Source: Lepidodermella squamata (taxonomy: Eukaryota; Animalia; Gastrotricha). Taken from it: a stretch of 64,000 nucleotides of DNA. This document shows positions 24,026-39,500 of the stretch, one piece after another. A program made the translations under genes and the position numbers. The notes under the pieces are model-generated. The model made no database searches. It worked only from the letters and a program-made list of their open reading frames with translations, and was not told the origin of the DNA. How positions within the stretch are numbered: position 1 is the stretch's first letter; the number at the start of each line of letters is the position of its first letter. Location of the stretch: the NCBI GenBank assembly GCA_047495785.1, contig JBLDXI010000033.1, positions 2,852,001 through 2,916,000 on the forward strand. The letters are read 5' to 3'.

Positions 24026-27000
24026 TGATGAAGCATATCTTTATTGTTGTAACTGAGATGAGCCTCTTTATTGTGTTCTTGTATTTACATTGCGTTTCTG
24101 TGAAATGTCCAGTGATTTCTTTTCGGGTACATTATGCGGATCTTCATTCTAGAATGTTCAGATATTTGTGAATAATGTTAATAAAAAAGCGTGAACAAAT
24201 AACTTCGTAAAGCGGTTTATTGTTTGACACATCATAAATTTGGAAAAAAGAGCTGCGGTCTTTGCATTGCCTTGGAGAGCTTTGAGAGAACAAAGAATGC
24301 TTATTTTATATAATGTATAAGGTATAAAAATCAAACGCCATCTGAAATTCCATACATCAAGAAAACGAATCGAATAATATCATTTTTTGTCTGCGTCATT
24401 AAGGAAAATATAGCAGATGATGTAGAATGTACCATTCTTTCTTCTTCTTCTTTTGTTATGATTAAGAATAAATTGGTTGGTAAACGGTGCGCTGTTTGTT
24501 ATCGTTTTGCAATCGTTAAGAATGGCGCACGGCCAGGCTGTTAAAATAAACGAGCGTGTACTATATAAATCTTTATAGACAAAGAATCGATCACGCATTG
24601 TTGTGAGCAGGTAAAAAGTCTTCGTCTCATTCATTATTGCAATCGCAAGATCGCAATTTGTAGATGCAAAATAATGAATGAAGGTGTCAGAGCGCAATAT
24701 TTTTACTTCATATTCGCATTGCCGTCCCTTCGATCACGCATTTTCATCAAAGTCCTTGTTCCCAGGAAAGCTTTCCCATGAAATATTTAATGCAACAAAG
24801 GCGCGCTTTGTTGTTTAATTTAACCTGCAGCTTTGTAAACAAACACAAGCATTTTTCACAATGATACGATTCTATATACTCCTCATTCTTTCTCCTTGCT
24901 TGCAAAAATGGCGCGGCTAGAATACATATTCGGATCCACTTCGTAGATAATGCAAAATATAAAATATTATTTAAAAAATACCGAGATCAAATTGATCTTC
25001 CTGTTTTTGCGAACTGTTTTCCCAACCATCATGCGCGTCAAACGTCTGTGTAGTTGAAAAACGTAGGATAATCGTATTATACTAGTTATTAGCTATGGAA
25101 CTCCTGTCAGCACCCCGGTCGACGACTCACCAGTTGCTGAACCGCCTTTTACATCAGTATTCACGATAATTCCTATGTGAAGTAATTATCGCCATCAAAT
25201 AATCTTTGGCAAAGATGAGACAATATTATAGAACAGCGGTGGAGCTTTATCCAGCGCGAGTAAATTACTTGTACATGTATTTGGACAGGGAAGGAATATA
25301 TGGATCCAGAGGATGCAAGGCGCGCAGTGCGCATCATCCTATAATTCCATTTTATAACCGCAGCGCGTGCGTCTGTTGTTTGCGCCTGTTTGCTATAAGT
25401 GCGACACTCGACCAAATCCTTGGCCCTCTTGTGGCAGGCGCGTGCTGGCGTTTGCGAGTGGCAGAGTTAACAACAGTGGTGGTGGTGGCAAATTATTGAC
25501 AACACGGCTGCAAGGCTCATATTATTTTCTTAACATAAAATGAAGATATTATACCTAGGGAGTAGCACACGGCTGAACAAATAAATGACTATAAATATAT
25601 TTCATTTGTTGTTCTTTCTACTTTCTCACTTTCCAGCTTCTGAATAATAGCCCGTTGTTGCATTCTTTAAGGCAGATTTTTCCTTGACCGCTTATAAATT
25701 ATTTTTTAACACTAACCCATAACAGCAACGCAGAAAATTGATTTCATGTCCCCTGGCTAATATCTTCCTCTTCCGTCTCTTTTCTTCCCTCTCTATTCTT
25801 CCTATTCTAAGGTGGTTTAGGCCTGCTATATACAAATTGATATTGCAGTTATCCGCGGAAACATAAATATTCAATTTGTTCTCAACGTGAAATGTATTAT
25901 CGCATATCGATTGGATGTGATAAATCATAATTTGTTTAAATTTGTGCTCATGAAGTTGCTGTCCTGCGGCTGCTATCAGGGATATTCCAATTTATCAAGT
26001 GACACGAATAAATGCGAGACAGTGCACCGTAGAACATCTGTCCGATCATCCTTTGCGATATGCTCGTCATCATCGCGCCATGCCATATCAAAACTTTGTC
26101 GAATTATTCCGCCTCGGCGCTGACAGCACTGGACCCCGACCAACTATATCATCGCCTAAAAATAAGTTCGCCATCCTTTGCTCTCATCCACAAACCTTTT
26201 GGAGGTGGACAATATTCCTTCTTCGTTTTCTGAGGTATTCCTTCTTCTTTCTTCCATCAATTTCCATTACACTTTCCATGGGCATATGAGCATCGGCCCG
26301 TTTTACATTCGTATACGACTTATTTACTGCAGAGATCTAACTGCAGATAAAGAAAAGTGAACCCGATCATTTTACATTTTCGTAAACATGGCAAGGATAT
26401 ATTTATCATCGTCGCGTATTTTAAAATTATAAATTTGGTATCGCCGTGCTCATAGAGTATCATTCTAAGAATCCGGTTTAAATTCTCCTTTGAAAAGCAC
26501 CATTTAGAACGGCGCATCTTTTCTAATTTCTTGCTTAGCCTTGGAGGGAAAGCTTGCAACTCCAGCAATATGAGGTCAAAATCGGTATGATGCAAGTATT
26601 TAGGAAATGTAGCGATGTGCGCATTAAGGCGCATACAGTTTCTGCGCGCCTCCCTAATTTGACAGCCATCTGCGCGCACTTATAGGCGTAAGGGCGCGCG
26701 TCCTCAACATCATTCTCGCACAACGCGTGCTACTACTGGCCTCATTGACGACGACTGCAGCTATCTGTCTACTGGTGCATCATTCGCGCATCCCGGATCA
26801 GGCGCAACATCGCCGCGCCTGGTGTTATAATTCTCCACTACTATGTATGTACGATTGCTCGCAGGAGGCCAATCGTGCCTCGGAGGCAAAGACAGACGCT
26901 ATACCCGTAATGTACAAAGTATTATTGCTCCCTTAATACGGCCAAGGAATGTCATTATTATTACCATTGCGATCAAATCCTTTCGGCTAATATTATATGC

Positions 27001-29344
27001 ATACATCGTTATTACTTGTCCATCAGCATCTCAGTTCCTCGCATGATATTACAATATCGGCGACGCTAGAATAATTCGTTAATCATTAACGTGGTCGCGT
27101 TCCGATATGTATGCAATGGTGAAGAGTTTCAACCATGCTATATTATAGCAGCCCAGTCTTATAGCGCTAATTATTCTTTTTCAATTTTTACTCTCGAAGT
27201 AACAATGACCCCGTATCAACTCAACAAATTCGATGGTCATTAAACGAGTTGATATTTCATGCTCTTGTGTAGAAAGCATATTATACACGTCCGGCATTTC
27301 TTCGATATTGTCACTTTCACACAGCATTTGATTCTTTGTAATATTATTTTTATAACCACTGCAAAAATTGCTGACAAATATGTCAGTCGGGACTAAGTCG
27401 GGACGTTAGACATGATCACTCCCGAGAATTTGAAGTCACCTAGAATCAGCCATCGGCCTGCATTCCAATTAACACAAAACAACCGCGACAGGAAACTGAG
27501 ACGTTTACTCGATTCTGCAGCCAGAAGCACGATCGCATCATCATAACCACCATAATCACTGATTCAAACGATTATTCGGTTGTCGCCGGACGGAATGTGC
27601 CGACGCGTATCATCGTCATCATCTCCCGAGTCTGTCGGGTGCTCGCTAATTTGGCGCACTTTTCGTGGGCGCAGCCGCGGCACAAACGCGTAATCCGCGC
27701 GCCTTCAATAACGCTTTTATTTAATTGTCGAAGGTTGCAACAAGCAGAATGGCCAGGATTAGGGGCAATAATCGGCATTAAATGGCGGTCATTCCCTGGT
27801 AACTACAGCCAGACTGCCCGCCCTTATTATGTGCAATATTTGCCGCCCTGCCACGCAATATTTGCCGCTGCTGTTTTCATATTATATTATTGTATCTTTC
27901 TCTCCATCGGTCTGCTGTTTTAGCCGTGAAAACCGCCCATGAATTCGGAACTTGACTGCTGACATTTCGCTCTTCATTTTATTTCTTATTTGATCAGTTC
28001 TCACTGAAAGCAATTAAATTTAGGGCTCAGCCCCACCACCTATTAACACGCCATGTATACCGCCGCTGTCCGTTTTTACGACTCGGCGTTTCCACTTGCC
28101 CGATTGAAAGTGAAACTGTTGTTAAACTACAAAACGAGATGTATTTTGTGTTCGCACGTGGCAGAGCTCTTTGACTCGCCTCTCATCTCAATGCGATGAA
28201 ACTGCGGTCACTTGATGAGGTGCCTTGCCGTGAATACAGAGCAACCGTGCCATCTCTGTTTTTATCTTGCTCCTCTCGCTTATTGACACATCCTCATCAT
28301 CATCGCTGTCACTGCTTCTTTATTCTTTCTTCTTTCACGTCCGATCCCAAAGCGGATTCTTTCTTTCTAGAAATGGAATGGGTTTATTGACCGAAAATTC
28401 TTTCTTCTAATAATTCTGCGCCGATTTGACAGTTTGCTGTTTCATTACCCTTCAATAAAACGTAAACGTGCGTTGCTCGTTCTAAAATAAACAACAATGC
28501 GCGTGGGTGCCGAACATTCAATACCTAATAAATCAAAGTGGCCACTGTTCGGCTGTTTTTGATGCATTTTGTTCGGTTTTATGTTAGGACATACTTCAAA
28601 TTCAACAAAAATAATTGTTAGTAAAAAATAAAAACTTTTACAGACTGTGAGATTTGAACCCTTGTTCACACGTTTCACACCCAGCCTCTCTCTCTCTCAT
28701 CATTAAGCCACCTATATTAGCTTGACAATAGTGATCGATTTTTTGCTACTTGCTACCGTGACACAACAGGAGGTTTCCCAAATCCTCATCATCATCGCTG
28801 TCACCGCCGCCGCCGCCGCTGGCGTTGTATATCTCTTTATTGTAATTATTTTGTTCGCTTTGTTATTGTCTGCTGTTTTTCTCGTGCTAAGCCGCGGAAA
28901 TCAATGATAGTGATATATGCGCGCGCATTTGACAGCGATGTATTTTCTTGCGATTGCTAATAACTGCTGTTTTATGCATGAATAGAATCAGGGTTGATCG
29001 ATCTGCTTCTACTGCGATTTTAAAAATTCGATTTTATAATTTTTGACATTGCTATAACTTTACTCTTGATTAGCAACAACAGAAATTCAGTTTTCTGTTT
29101 CTGTTTGGGATGTATACATGTAGTACAGGATGTGACGAGTGATTAAACTTACTGTGAGCTACTAAACATATTTAACAAACTTGGTTGATGGTAATATTTC
29201 TTACAATTTTGAATGTAATAGTTATTGAATTAATCGCTGTAAACTGTCGCGGTCCCTATGCCACTTCACCCGTTTGTCTGACGGAACGCGCACTGCCTCC
29301 GACGATTGCTGACATTTAGTTCGAGGCGCTGAAATTGTGAATCG

Positions 29345-31674
29345 ATGATGTTCCCACCTTCAAGTCTTCCTTGCTCAACTAGTTTCGTCGTACTTGCATC
29401 TATTTTCCTGCTGCTACCGGGCTACAATACGTGCTCGACCGATATTGGCACGAGCGTTGTTAGGCGAACTTCTTTTGCGACGCCGCCGAGAGCTCTCATC
29501 ACCACGTTGACAATCATTTTCGGCGTTTGCGGCGCTGTCCTCCTTGTCGCGCTTGCAATCCTTTTCGTTCACTTTTTTGTCATCGATTTATCTGACTACA
29601 TTCTATGCTGCTTTCACAAAAGGCGTCACAGTTAGTTTTGCAATTTTGAAAATTGTTCAATCTGTTTATTTGTTCCTCAATTACACAGGCGATCCTTCGA
29701 CACTGTCATGCTTCAGCCGTTTGTCTTTCAACCGGTGTCCGCTGCTGCCGTCATTTTTGCGATGCCATCACGAACCGATCATTTTATCGCGACAGTGTAA
29801 CCGCAATGTGTATCGCCCACATTTATTGGCTGTTACTTCCTCTCCAAGTCTACCACCGTGCCTCAATTTCAGGTATACGCTTCGTTTATTTCTTCCTTTT
29901 CACATTCTTGTTAAGTCTTCCATGATTTGTCTTCAATTGCTATTTTCAAGTATTTTTGCTGTCGCTTTCGCTATTTTCAAGTTGAATTTTGTGCGAAAAT
30001 TTGGTCATCTGATTTTTCATATTTTACTGCTTATAGAGGTTGGATGGGCCAAGAACTTGATTTCATATTCTAGCGCGGAATTAGAGCCCCTGTCAAATAT
30101 TTGTTCGAAATACTTATGGGTTTTCAAGTTGCACGTAGCCTTTGAGATATCATTATTTTTAATATCAAGTATTCCCTAAATTTCACGCGAATTTTTTAAC
30201 CGGAAGAGCTAGTCTTACATGGCGTGTAAGCGCAAATTGCTATTCGTACATATTTTCGCAATAATTTTTCTGAGGTCTGAACTTTCTCAATTTTCATTCG
30301 AAGAGTCTTAATTTTTTGCGTGCACACAGCTGACCATCAAATCTATCTCTTCTCAAAAAATAATCACAACCCTTCGACCCTCTATGGGTGGCCAAGATGG
30401 GTGGGGCGTAAGAGAGAAAACCTTTTATTGGTATACTGTGTTATATACAATACGAATTGGGACCCTAGTGACAAATCATGAAAAACTATGTACGAATAGC
30501 AATAAAACGAGCGAAAATTTCAACCGGCTGAAAATACGCCTCTGCGCGAAAATTGTTGGTGCGCGAAAAATAAGATTTATACAGTTTACAGGAAAAGCGT
30601 GACCCTTTTTAATTACTCCAAAGCTCTTGGGGAGTTTTTTACGCGGTTTATTTTCCCCATCGATAGGAGTAGTGAGAGATTATTATGAGATGAATTATGA
30701 GAACTAGATCATCTGATCAGAAGAAAACTAAATGAAAAATAACGTTAAATTATATTTTAATATAGACGCCGGCCAGATCCATCCCTGTTTTTCGTTGATA
30801 GCGAGGCGCCATCTAACGCATCATCCAACCACACCAGTAGAAACGCACGACCGGCCACAATATTTTCCGTCTTACCGATGTCGTCGTCGTCGTCGTCATC
30901 GACTTGTCTAGTCACATCAACTCGTTTACAGTCACAAGCTGCTCGCTTCAGCCAAAACAATCGCCACCACTCGCTGCTCTCGTCATTCTACGCGAACTCA
31001 CTCTTCATGTCGGACGATCCTGTTGGTGGAGGAGTTGTAGCCGCTGATCGCGCCTTTACTTCTCAGCTTCCACAACCGCCCACTTACGATGACGCTGTCC
31101 GGCTGTCTTCAGTGACTGCGGGATCCGTACCAGCAGCTTTCATTCATCGAGGGGGGCGCGGCAGAGCGGGGCTTCCTCCGTACAGTTCTCCGTACACTTC
31201 CCCGCCTCCTCCAGCCTACGACGAGGTCGTCACATTTACGCCGGTCCATTCGGCCATACAGCCATCAGGAATCGAACTTGGGGATTTACCATTGCAGACT
31301 AGTCAAACCTCTTCAGGAATGTCGACCGAAAACGCTGTTCCGATAATAACGTGCCACTCGTCAAGAGCATCGGCGGCCTCGTCACTTTCCGAGCATCTTG
31401 ACATCTCGAGTATGACTCGTCTTGTCACCCAAAACGACCTTCCTCAAAATCGGTATGCTCAGAGTGCTCTACTATTCATTTGACGCTATTTATGTATTTT
31501 GTCGACAGAATAATCCAAGTCAAAACATCTTCTCAGCAGCCGAACAATTATCGATACATCTTGCCTCACGGCGACGATCAGATCGGCACGTCGAATTCAT
31601 CATCATCATTCCAAAACGAAGACTCTGCGCCGGCAGATAGTTACGATATGATCCAATATAGCTGGCATATTTGA
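29345..31674 (+). CDS. Orphan single-pass membrane protein with cytoplasmic PY motifs. Exons 29345-29630, 29689-29872, 30766-31452, 31509-31674
   Basis: Signal-peptide-like N-terminus, TM segment (LITTLTIIFGVCGAVLLVALAILFVHFFVI), Cys-rich juxtamembrane region and PPTY, LPPY, PPPPAY motifs. Three GT-AG introns join in phase. Confidence 0.7.
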
Positions 31675-33503
31675 TTTGTTTTTTTTTCGTCATCAAAAAT
31701 TGGTGTACCATAAAATACCGAGAAATGTCCTATTGTATCTATTATAATCTGATCTGATTTATGATATTTTGAACTGATGATAATGCATTCATTTTATAAA
31801 TGCTGTCGCTCAATTTCCGATTCACCTCAGTCGATATCTTGCAGCTCCTCATCTCTTCTGCCGATAGAAAACTCCGTTCTCTGCTCACGTAATATTTGCA
31901 CAAGACCAAGGTTACCCAAGGCGCAATTGAAAGCTTTGCATAACACTGTGAATGATTGCTGGAATAATTATTTGAACACTGCGAAAAGCAGAAAATAAGC
32001 GGTAGTGTCTAAATGTCTCATGACTTGCATCGGCCATATTAAAAAACGAGTTGTAATGAGGTTGGTGTAATGTAATATCGCAACAATAACAAAGTCATTT
32101 TATTTGATAACTCTAGTATACCTTTCGGAAGATGAGCTGTTGTTACTGTTTGTAAACTATCGCATACCTATGAACACATCGACACGTGCCTATTTCATAT
32201 GTATATGAAGCGATTTGACAATAAAAATATTCCTTTTTCCACTCTAACGATATGGCGTAGTTCTTGATGGGAGCGTTGGCAGAGGACGTTCTTTTTTCTT
32301 TCTATTCTTCCTGTCTTTCTTTCGCGGCTGTCGCAGATTTTGGCTTCGTTATCAGCTAGGCGAAACATGAATATTGAATGAATATTTCCTTTCCCGGACG
32401 GTGGCATCGTATGCGAAAATGAGTAATGAATCAATTTTTCATCAGCGACGCAATCTGCACCACGTTACACGTCAAATTGTACCTATTATCCATGTAGATT
32501 AAGAATTGGAAAACACAAAAAACTCGAGAATTTGCATTTATCTTGTTTATTTTTATATCATTCGTGCTTCTCATCATAAGTAACGTCGCAGTAACAAAGA
32601 CGCAAAGACAGCAGCTGAGCTCTGCCAGTACAAGATGCCTCGAAGAAACGACGATGCTTATCATTTCGTCGGAAAGGCAAGCAGAGAAGCTCAGCAAAAA
32701 CAAATACCTGAGTAGCTATCGCACTTTCATTACCATCAGGGGTTTGCAAGTAAAATCTGTCCATTTGGTACACTAAATACAACAGACAAATGATAGAATA
32801 ATAACAATGTTATAGAATAATAATAGAAAATCAGAAAACTTAACAAAATGCATGTGTATAGATAGCTACACAAGCAAAGAGCAATATAATAATGATGTAA
32901 TTGATATTCCTCAACACTGTCAATAACAAGTTTCTTCCGCAAAAAACAATAAGTCTATTTACAGGTATACATGGCTGGTATAAAAAGTGAAAATGATGAT
33001 AACCTTCACAAACAAGCACTTAGTAAGGACAAGCTGTTCCGGTTCAGGAGGAGCAGACAGAAAAAAATTGTCATTTTTCTAAAATTGCCCAATTAGCATT
33101 TGCATTTGTCATTCTTTATGTTAGAAGCGGGTGATAATATTATTCGTGAATAGTGAAAATGATGTTTTGAATGCTCGCTATTTTGACACTAGCTTTGTTG
33201 TAGAAATCATGAATCAGTATAGCAAGGAGGACAAATGAATAGACTGCATTTCATTCGGCCATTCGCATGGCCACAGAGACAAGCAACGATTGGAATGAGA
33301 GCAAGATAAAAACAGAAAAAACTAGAATGATCTTTCTACAATAATTTTCTAGCCAAAAATTGTCGTTTTATGGTTTGACACACACACGAGTGGCAGACTC
33401 TGAGCTATGAAAACCTAGTAAATTCGTCGCAGGCGTTGTAATAGCTATAAGCAAATTCAGGAAGAGAAGTCAGCTTCACTTCACCATCTCCACGCAGAAA
33501 TGT

Positions 33504-36500
33504 CTATGCTTTCGACGAGCCGCCACCCGTCGCGTGGTGCTGTTCCGTCTTCACCTCGATTCGCTCGACAACCACGTTGGGATTGGCACCGATTGCACGG
33601 CTAATAGCCGCTTCCAGCTCGTCTTCGTCGCCTGCTCCGAAGGTTGTGCCAGCAGGCACCGCGCCCCGCACATCTTGATTGCCACCGCGCTCGGTCGTGT
33701 AGCTGCTGTCAACAATGAGCTGCTGATGGCGAGTGACCTGTGTCGTGGTTGTCACGGTGCGCTCGACGTTCGAATCGCCAACCTTCTGCCGTGTTGTTGC
33801 CACCGTAGTGTGCGCTTCAGTCTGAGGCGGGCTTGCCGACTGAATAACAAGCCGCGTTGTACCAGCAGCCGGTGCTCCGGGGACCACCATACCCGACCCG
33901 CGAGATCCATAAGCTTCATTTTCGACAACGAATTGGTCGCCACCGCTAACCCGTTGCTACACAGAGAGATATAGAAAAATACAGATAAGCCAAAGAAAAG
34001 ATACCAACAGAGAGAAATTTGAGGTTTTAATGTGATAGAAACCGTTCAACAACCTGACAGCCCGTAGGCTCAACTCATATTGCCTGAATCAAACACGTAA
34101 AAATAAGCAATTCAGTGACTAAAGGGCGCCGAAAAAAAAGCAACAGGGCATTTGCCAAGCAGATAAATTCGGACAAAATCGCCAACAGTGCCGCGGCAAT
34201 ATACGAAAAAACTTAAAGATGTCGGCCAAAACATGGGCTGGTTGACTGCTCTCCCGATCTCTGAACCGGCCGGTTAAAATACCAAGATCTTCCTTATCAA
34301 TTAAGATATTATATAATTGTTTTTGGTACTGGATAATGCCAGTTATCGATTTTGCGAATTTAATTTCGCTAACCTTAGTAAACTATTGCCACGAGTGAAC
34401 GCGGAATCGAACGAAGTCAAACTAACTTTAGCCATGATACTAGACGTCGAGGAAGTCTGGCCTAAGAAAACCTAGTTTGTGCTACCTGCTTATCCTAATC
34501 TGGCTATATCATACGTATATCATTCAAGCACTTCGGCAGTGTAATTTCTAATGGCGGCAACCATATACAAGAAATCGTCAGTTATTTTTGAGACATACCT
34601 TTACAATGGTAAGACTTTTTAAAACCCGGGTTGTCCAAATATTAGTTACATTACCCAAATTGTAGTTACAATTAGGTTTCTTAACTTATCAAAAAATCCC
34701 ACTCTTATCTCTTATCTCTTGCATATTTGCCAACTTACTTGCTATATATTGAAGCGGCCCGAAAATAAGATGTTTCTGGGAGAAATATTGCTTGTGAGGC
34801 AATACAAACGGCACGGGGCCGAAAACAAAGCAATAAAAACGGCACAAACTAGGTCAACGCAATAAAATGCGGCAACCCGGCAGAAGCGCACTCTATGAAA
34901 CGAGAATTTGTTCAGAAAATTTCGACTCAAATCACAGATATTTTTGATTAAGAGAATATGGGAGATCGATTAATAAGTTCAAACACGCTAATTTTTTAAG
35001 CAGCAGCTGGCAGTATGACATTAAAAGCGCGTCAAACCTGTGCTTGGTATGCCGGGTACTGCGACTGAGCTGGCGCCTGCTGGCCATATGGGGTATTCGA
35101 AGGCGTCCTCCTCGAATCCATCACAGCAGCCAGGGCAGTGGGTTGGTAGTAGTCCGGTCGACGAGAGGTCTGCGGCGGGACGTACTGTTGTTGCTGTTGC
35201 TGGGGTTGATACTGGGCTTGTGGTTGCTGCTGCTGGTACTGCGATTGAGCATACATGTGCTGCTCGTGAGGCATTTGCATCGAAATTTGAGCAGACGATG
35301 GCGGTATATACTGCAAGCCAAAACAGCATTTATCATTAATAGAAGCGCAAGCAGAAACTTTATGCGAGCTTTTATAATTACACACGCACAAAACACTCAT
35401 CAATCAGTTTAAGAAAGGGCCTTCTGGGGGAACATGCGTCAGTGCCACGACAAATCACGGTTATACGAAGTCTCAAATCTGAACCTTCTGCACTCTAATT
35501 TCTCGAGCCTGATTCAACTTCGGCGCAGTCAAAAATCGCTAAAAACGTGTAACCACAAAGTAAAATCGGAAGGTCGACTCGATGTAACACGTACGTCTCG
35601 TTCAGCAGCAACATCATGACATGATTTGTGAAAAAAGCGACGAGGACTCGAATTAGTTGCGATGTTGTCGCAACTTGCCCGGTAGTCTGGATAAGTCAGG
35701 TAAGGATTCAACTGAGTTGAAAATTCACTGATCGAGGCGTCGTTCAACAGAACCAGCGGGGCACTAGGCTGTTTCGGGCCCATGCCGGGGCAAGGCATGA
35801 ACAACACCGGGTAACTGGTATTCTGGTCGGTATATGAAGGACACAGCCGATGTTGTTGGAACTGACGCATCTGAAGGCGAGCGAGGCAGCACTCGTGATC
35901 TCGAGCGCCATGCCAGCAATGAAGCTTCAAGGAGCATATTAACCACACACACACAATTCAAGCACAGCTAAAAGGTTCAACTACTAAAAGCTAAGCACTA
36001 CATTTGAGAGAAAAACGTGACACAAGGAAGGAAAACAAGGAAGCTACAGCTACAAGATTCATAATTCAGGCCCAAACCACATTGAAGATTTAGCTGCAGG
36101 ACTCACCTCTTGTTGTTGGCCGCGAATTGGTCCGCGTTGTAGTTGATCACCAGGACCGGGCATCGTCGCATATCCCGCACCGCGATGTTCAGTTCCCATC
36201 ATTTGGTCGTCATAGTCGATTGGTTGCTGGTGGTGGTAGCCGCCGGCGCCACCGCGGGGTCCCGTGCCATACGCGCTACCGTTCGTGTGACTACCGTATC
36301 CGGCCGACTGAGGTGTGCGATTGTGACCACCGCCCTCTCGTCGATCAAATTCAGGTGGCGGGCGTTCGATGCGGTGGCCGGCTTCCAGAGCCTGGTGAAT
36401 GGTTCTACCCGAGAAGCGGAAGCGCGAGCCGAGGGTGATGAAGCCGGTGCCAGTCTTGACGGGTTCCGGCTCTTTCAGGCGGAAGAATGTATGATGTTCG

Positions 36501-39500
36501 ACAGCAGTTCGCCACAGCCTTTTAGCAAGTTTGTGATTGGCGAGTTTAAAACCAATGGTGCTTTCAAACTGCTCAAACTCGGCCGGGCGAATTTTGATGT
36601 AAAAGTTGTTGCGTTTGTAGGAAATTTTCAAAATCTTAGGCCAGGCGAAACGGTTAATGCGCAGTTTGTCACGGTAGATCAGCAGTCCCGAGGCACACAC
36701 GCCAATACGAATAGGAATTCCTTCGGAATCTTTTGCGTCATGAAAATCGACGCCATACATCGCCAGCTTCTTGGCATTTTCCAGAAAGTGGGTATCTGCC
36801 TCTGACGGTGTTTGGCCTTTATGCGTGCGATGTAGCTCGGCAATCTTGTCCAGCAGTTCATTCGTCTGGTTCTGCACGAAGGAGAACGCGCGGATATATT
36901 CGCTGGTGTCCCCGTGTTGCAGTGGGTCGAAATCACCGATTTCCGACTGAACCATGTAAGAACCGAGGAGGGCGTGGGTGACAAATGAACACGGCAGGCG
37001 ACCACTGAAAATGTCGTTGCGGATTTGCAGACATAGCATGTAACGTGTAATGTCTTCCTGCAACTGTGATGGCTCTGGCGGGTAAAATTTCACTTCAAAC
37101 GCGAAAACTGGCGGCCTGCGTTTCAGCTGCTGCGTTATTTTCTTCTCAGGGTGCAACCAATAGCGAACGCCATTTTCATCTTTAAAGCTCAAGCCGAAGA
37201 AATCTTTCTCCAATAAATTAAGAAACTGCAACACGCTGTCGAGAAGAACTTGGCCTTTCGCTCGTTTCTACAAGAAAAAATGAAAAATTGTTAAATTTGA
37301 GCAACATGCCATATATCGATAAATGGACATCACCGAGAACAAGCATAGAGAACGTAGTGATCAATATCCTACTTGGAAAATCATACCGAAGTGATAGGGG
37401 AAAAGGTGGAGTCGAGCTATCCACCATAATAATTTTTTAACCCGGGATAGAGCGAGTAACAATGACAAATTGATAGCTAAAAGATGTTTTTTAAATCATG
37501 ACTGCTGAGGAAGTGAGCCAACATTACCCAAAATGAGCGCTCTCGCGTCTCAATATTTCATGGGCTAATAATACGCGTCTCTTGTGCGCGTAGATTCTCA
37601 TTCATAAAACAGCAACGCAATAATTATATTACTGTTGCACGCACAAAACGCTGTCAAGGTTATAACCGTGGCGCAAGCAACAAGTTACAACTGGCGAGCG
37701 CAGCGATAATTATTGATTAAAGCTGGGTCTAGCAGCTAATGCGAGTGAAATGAGCCAAAATTTGCTTATCGGCGATAGTAGAAACGTGTGGCGAGACAAT
37801 TTTCAACGTTTCCAATATTTGAAAACCAGTTTCTGCTTGCTGTTTAATAAACGTCATATCGCCGCGCAAGGGAATCACTTATTGTGGCGGCGGGTGAAAA
37901 TTATTGCCATCAATAAAACACAAAAACACACGCACACAACAGCAGGATAACAAACGATAACAGGAAGTCGTCATCGGTCATCGACATAAGATTCGGCAAG
38001 AACATGTTCAATTTTCGATTTATCCCTAAATTGTTGTACGCAATTTTGTAATCATCATCACATTCGCTCGCTGAAAAAGTCATAGCATTTGGCCGACGTG
38101 CAATAAAAAACTACGCCCTTATCTACCCTTGTGACTAATACCACTTGACTCGACATACACAGGCGCAGGCCATAGACTACACTAATAGTTACGCAACCGC
38201 GCTTCGTTTTCAACGAAAATTTCAACAAGTCTCATTTGGCCCCTTTTTGAGAAATCAATTTTTGATATTGGGTGAATGGTTCGTTATAGAGCAAATACTG
38301 CCGCTTACCGCGGACTAAATTTCGTTAAAAATGCATTATAGAATGATCATGAGAGGGAGAACAAGTAGCATGATAACCGGCGCGCGCATGTAACTTGCTA
38401 CACCTGGGCACGCAGCATGTGCATTGATTGGGTCCTTTTTACAAAATCCTTCAGGAAATTTTCAATTGTAAACAAAAAGTGCGCTCAATACACAAGAATA
38501 TAAGTGGCTGCGATGCATTTTAGGAAATAACGTAATGGACATATTCCCAACATAGATATTAGATTATCAATGTGTGGCGGAATAGTTGAAGTCGGTAGAA
38601 TAATTGAAAAACAATGCCTTAATTACCTAGGACATATAACGTAAGATGGAAACGTATGTCGATGATGTCATGATGTCGATGAGGGTGAGCCAATACCACA
38701 TGGGGCCAGTCTACAACCTTTACAGGTGGGTAGCTCCTAAGGAATGGCAGAGACCGGTGGGGAGACCTCGAACTAGGTGGCTAGATTCGGTAGAAAGAAG
38801 TCTAAGAAGAGTGGGTATAATAAGGAAAAAACTGACAGGTCCCGTGGCAGACCTCGTAAAGATGGTTGTAATATAATCAAAATTATCGAAATAACTGTTG
38901 ACTGGACATTGACCGAAACAACTGCACTAGACCGAGACGAATGGCGTAGGAAATAGTCGAGACTTGAGAAGATTTTGAATTTTACAACAAAAGCAAGATA
39001 CTCTCGGACGTGGGGGCAGGTGACAGATTCTTTTGGTTTGCCTTGCCTTCGCCTCCCTCGAAACCCGAAAAAGTATAGACGCTCAGTCGTGGGGAAATAA
39101 AACAATAAAATCTTTTTCATTTTCACAATATAATTAATTTCACCTTAATGTCAATTTTATCGTGGTTTGATTTGTCAACAAGGAGCGCGGCCTCCTCAAA
39201 GAGAGCCGATTCGCAAACATAACTATTTTCTCTCGCGCCATCTAATTAAGATATGACTTACATTCGGGTGCATGAAATGGAGCACAGACATACGCACAGA
39301 TATAAACTTCTCCCGTATGTTCCTCACGGTTGACGAAATATCGGTACCCAAATGAGACAAGTACCGTGAGGTTCAGCGCAACGCAGCAAGTGGGTGCCCG
39401 CGTACTCTCAGTTGCAGCCTGTTGCGCATGTATTTATTTATTGCTAATTTTTTGGGCGAAAATATAGCAGAAGCAGATGCGGGACATAATTTTTTGAATA

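Noticed and set aside
36127-37005. Long antisense and alternative-frame ORFs over the FERM exon (similarly over MNK, RAD23 and RPL3)
   Set aside because: Expected shadows of GC-rich coding sequence
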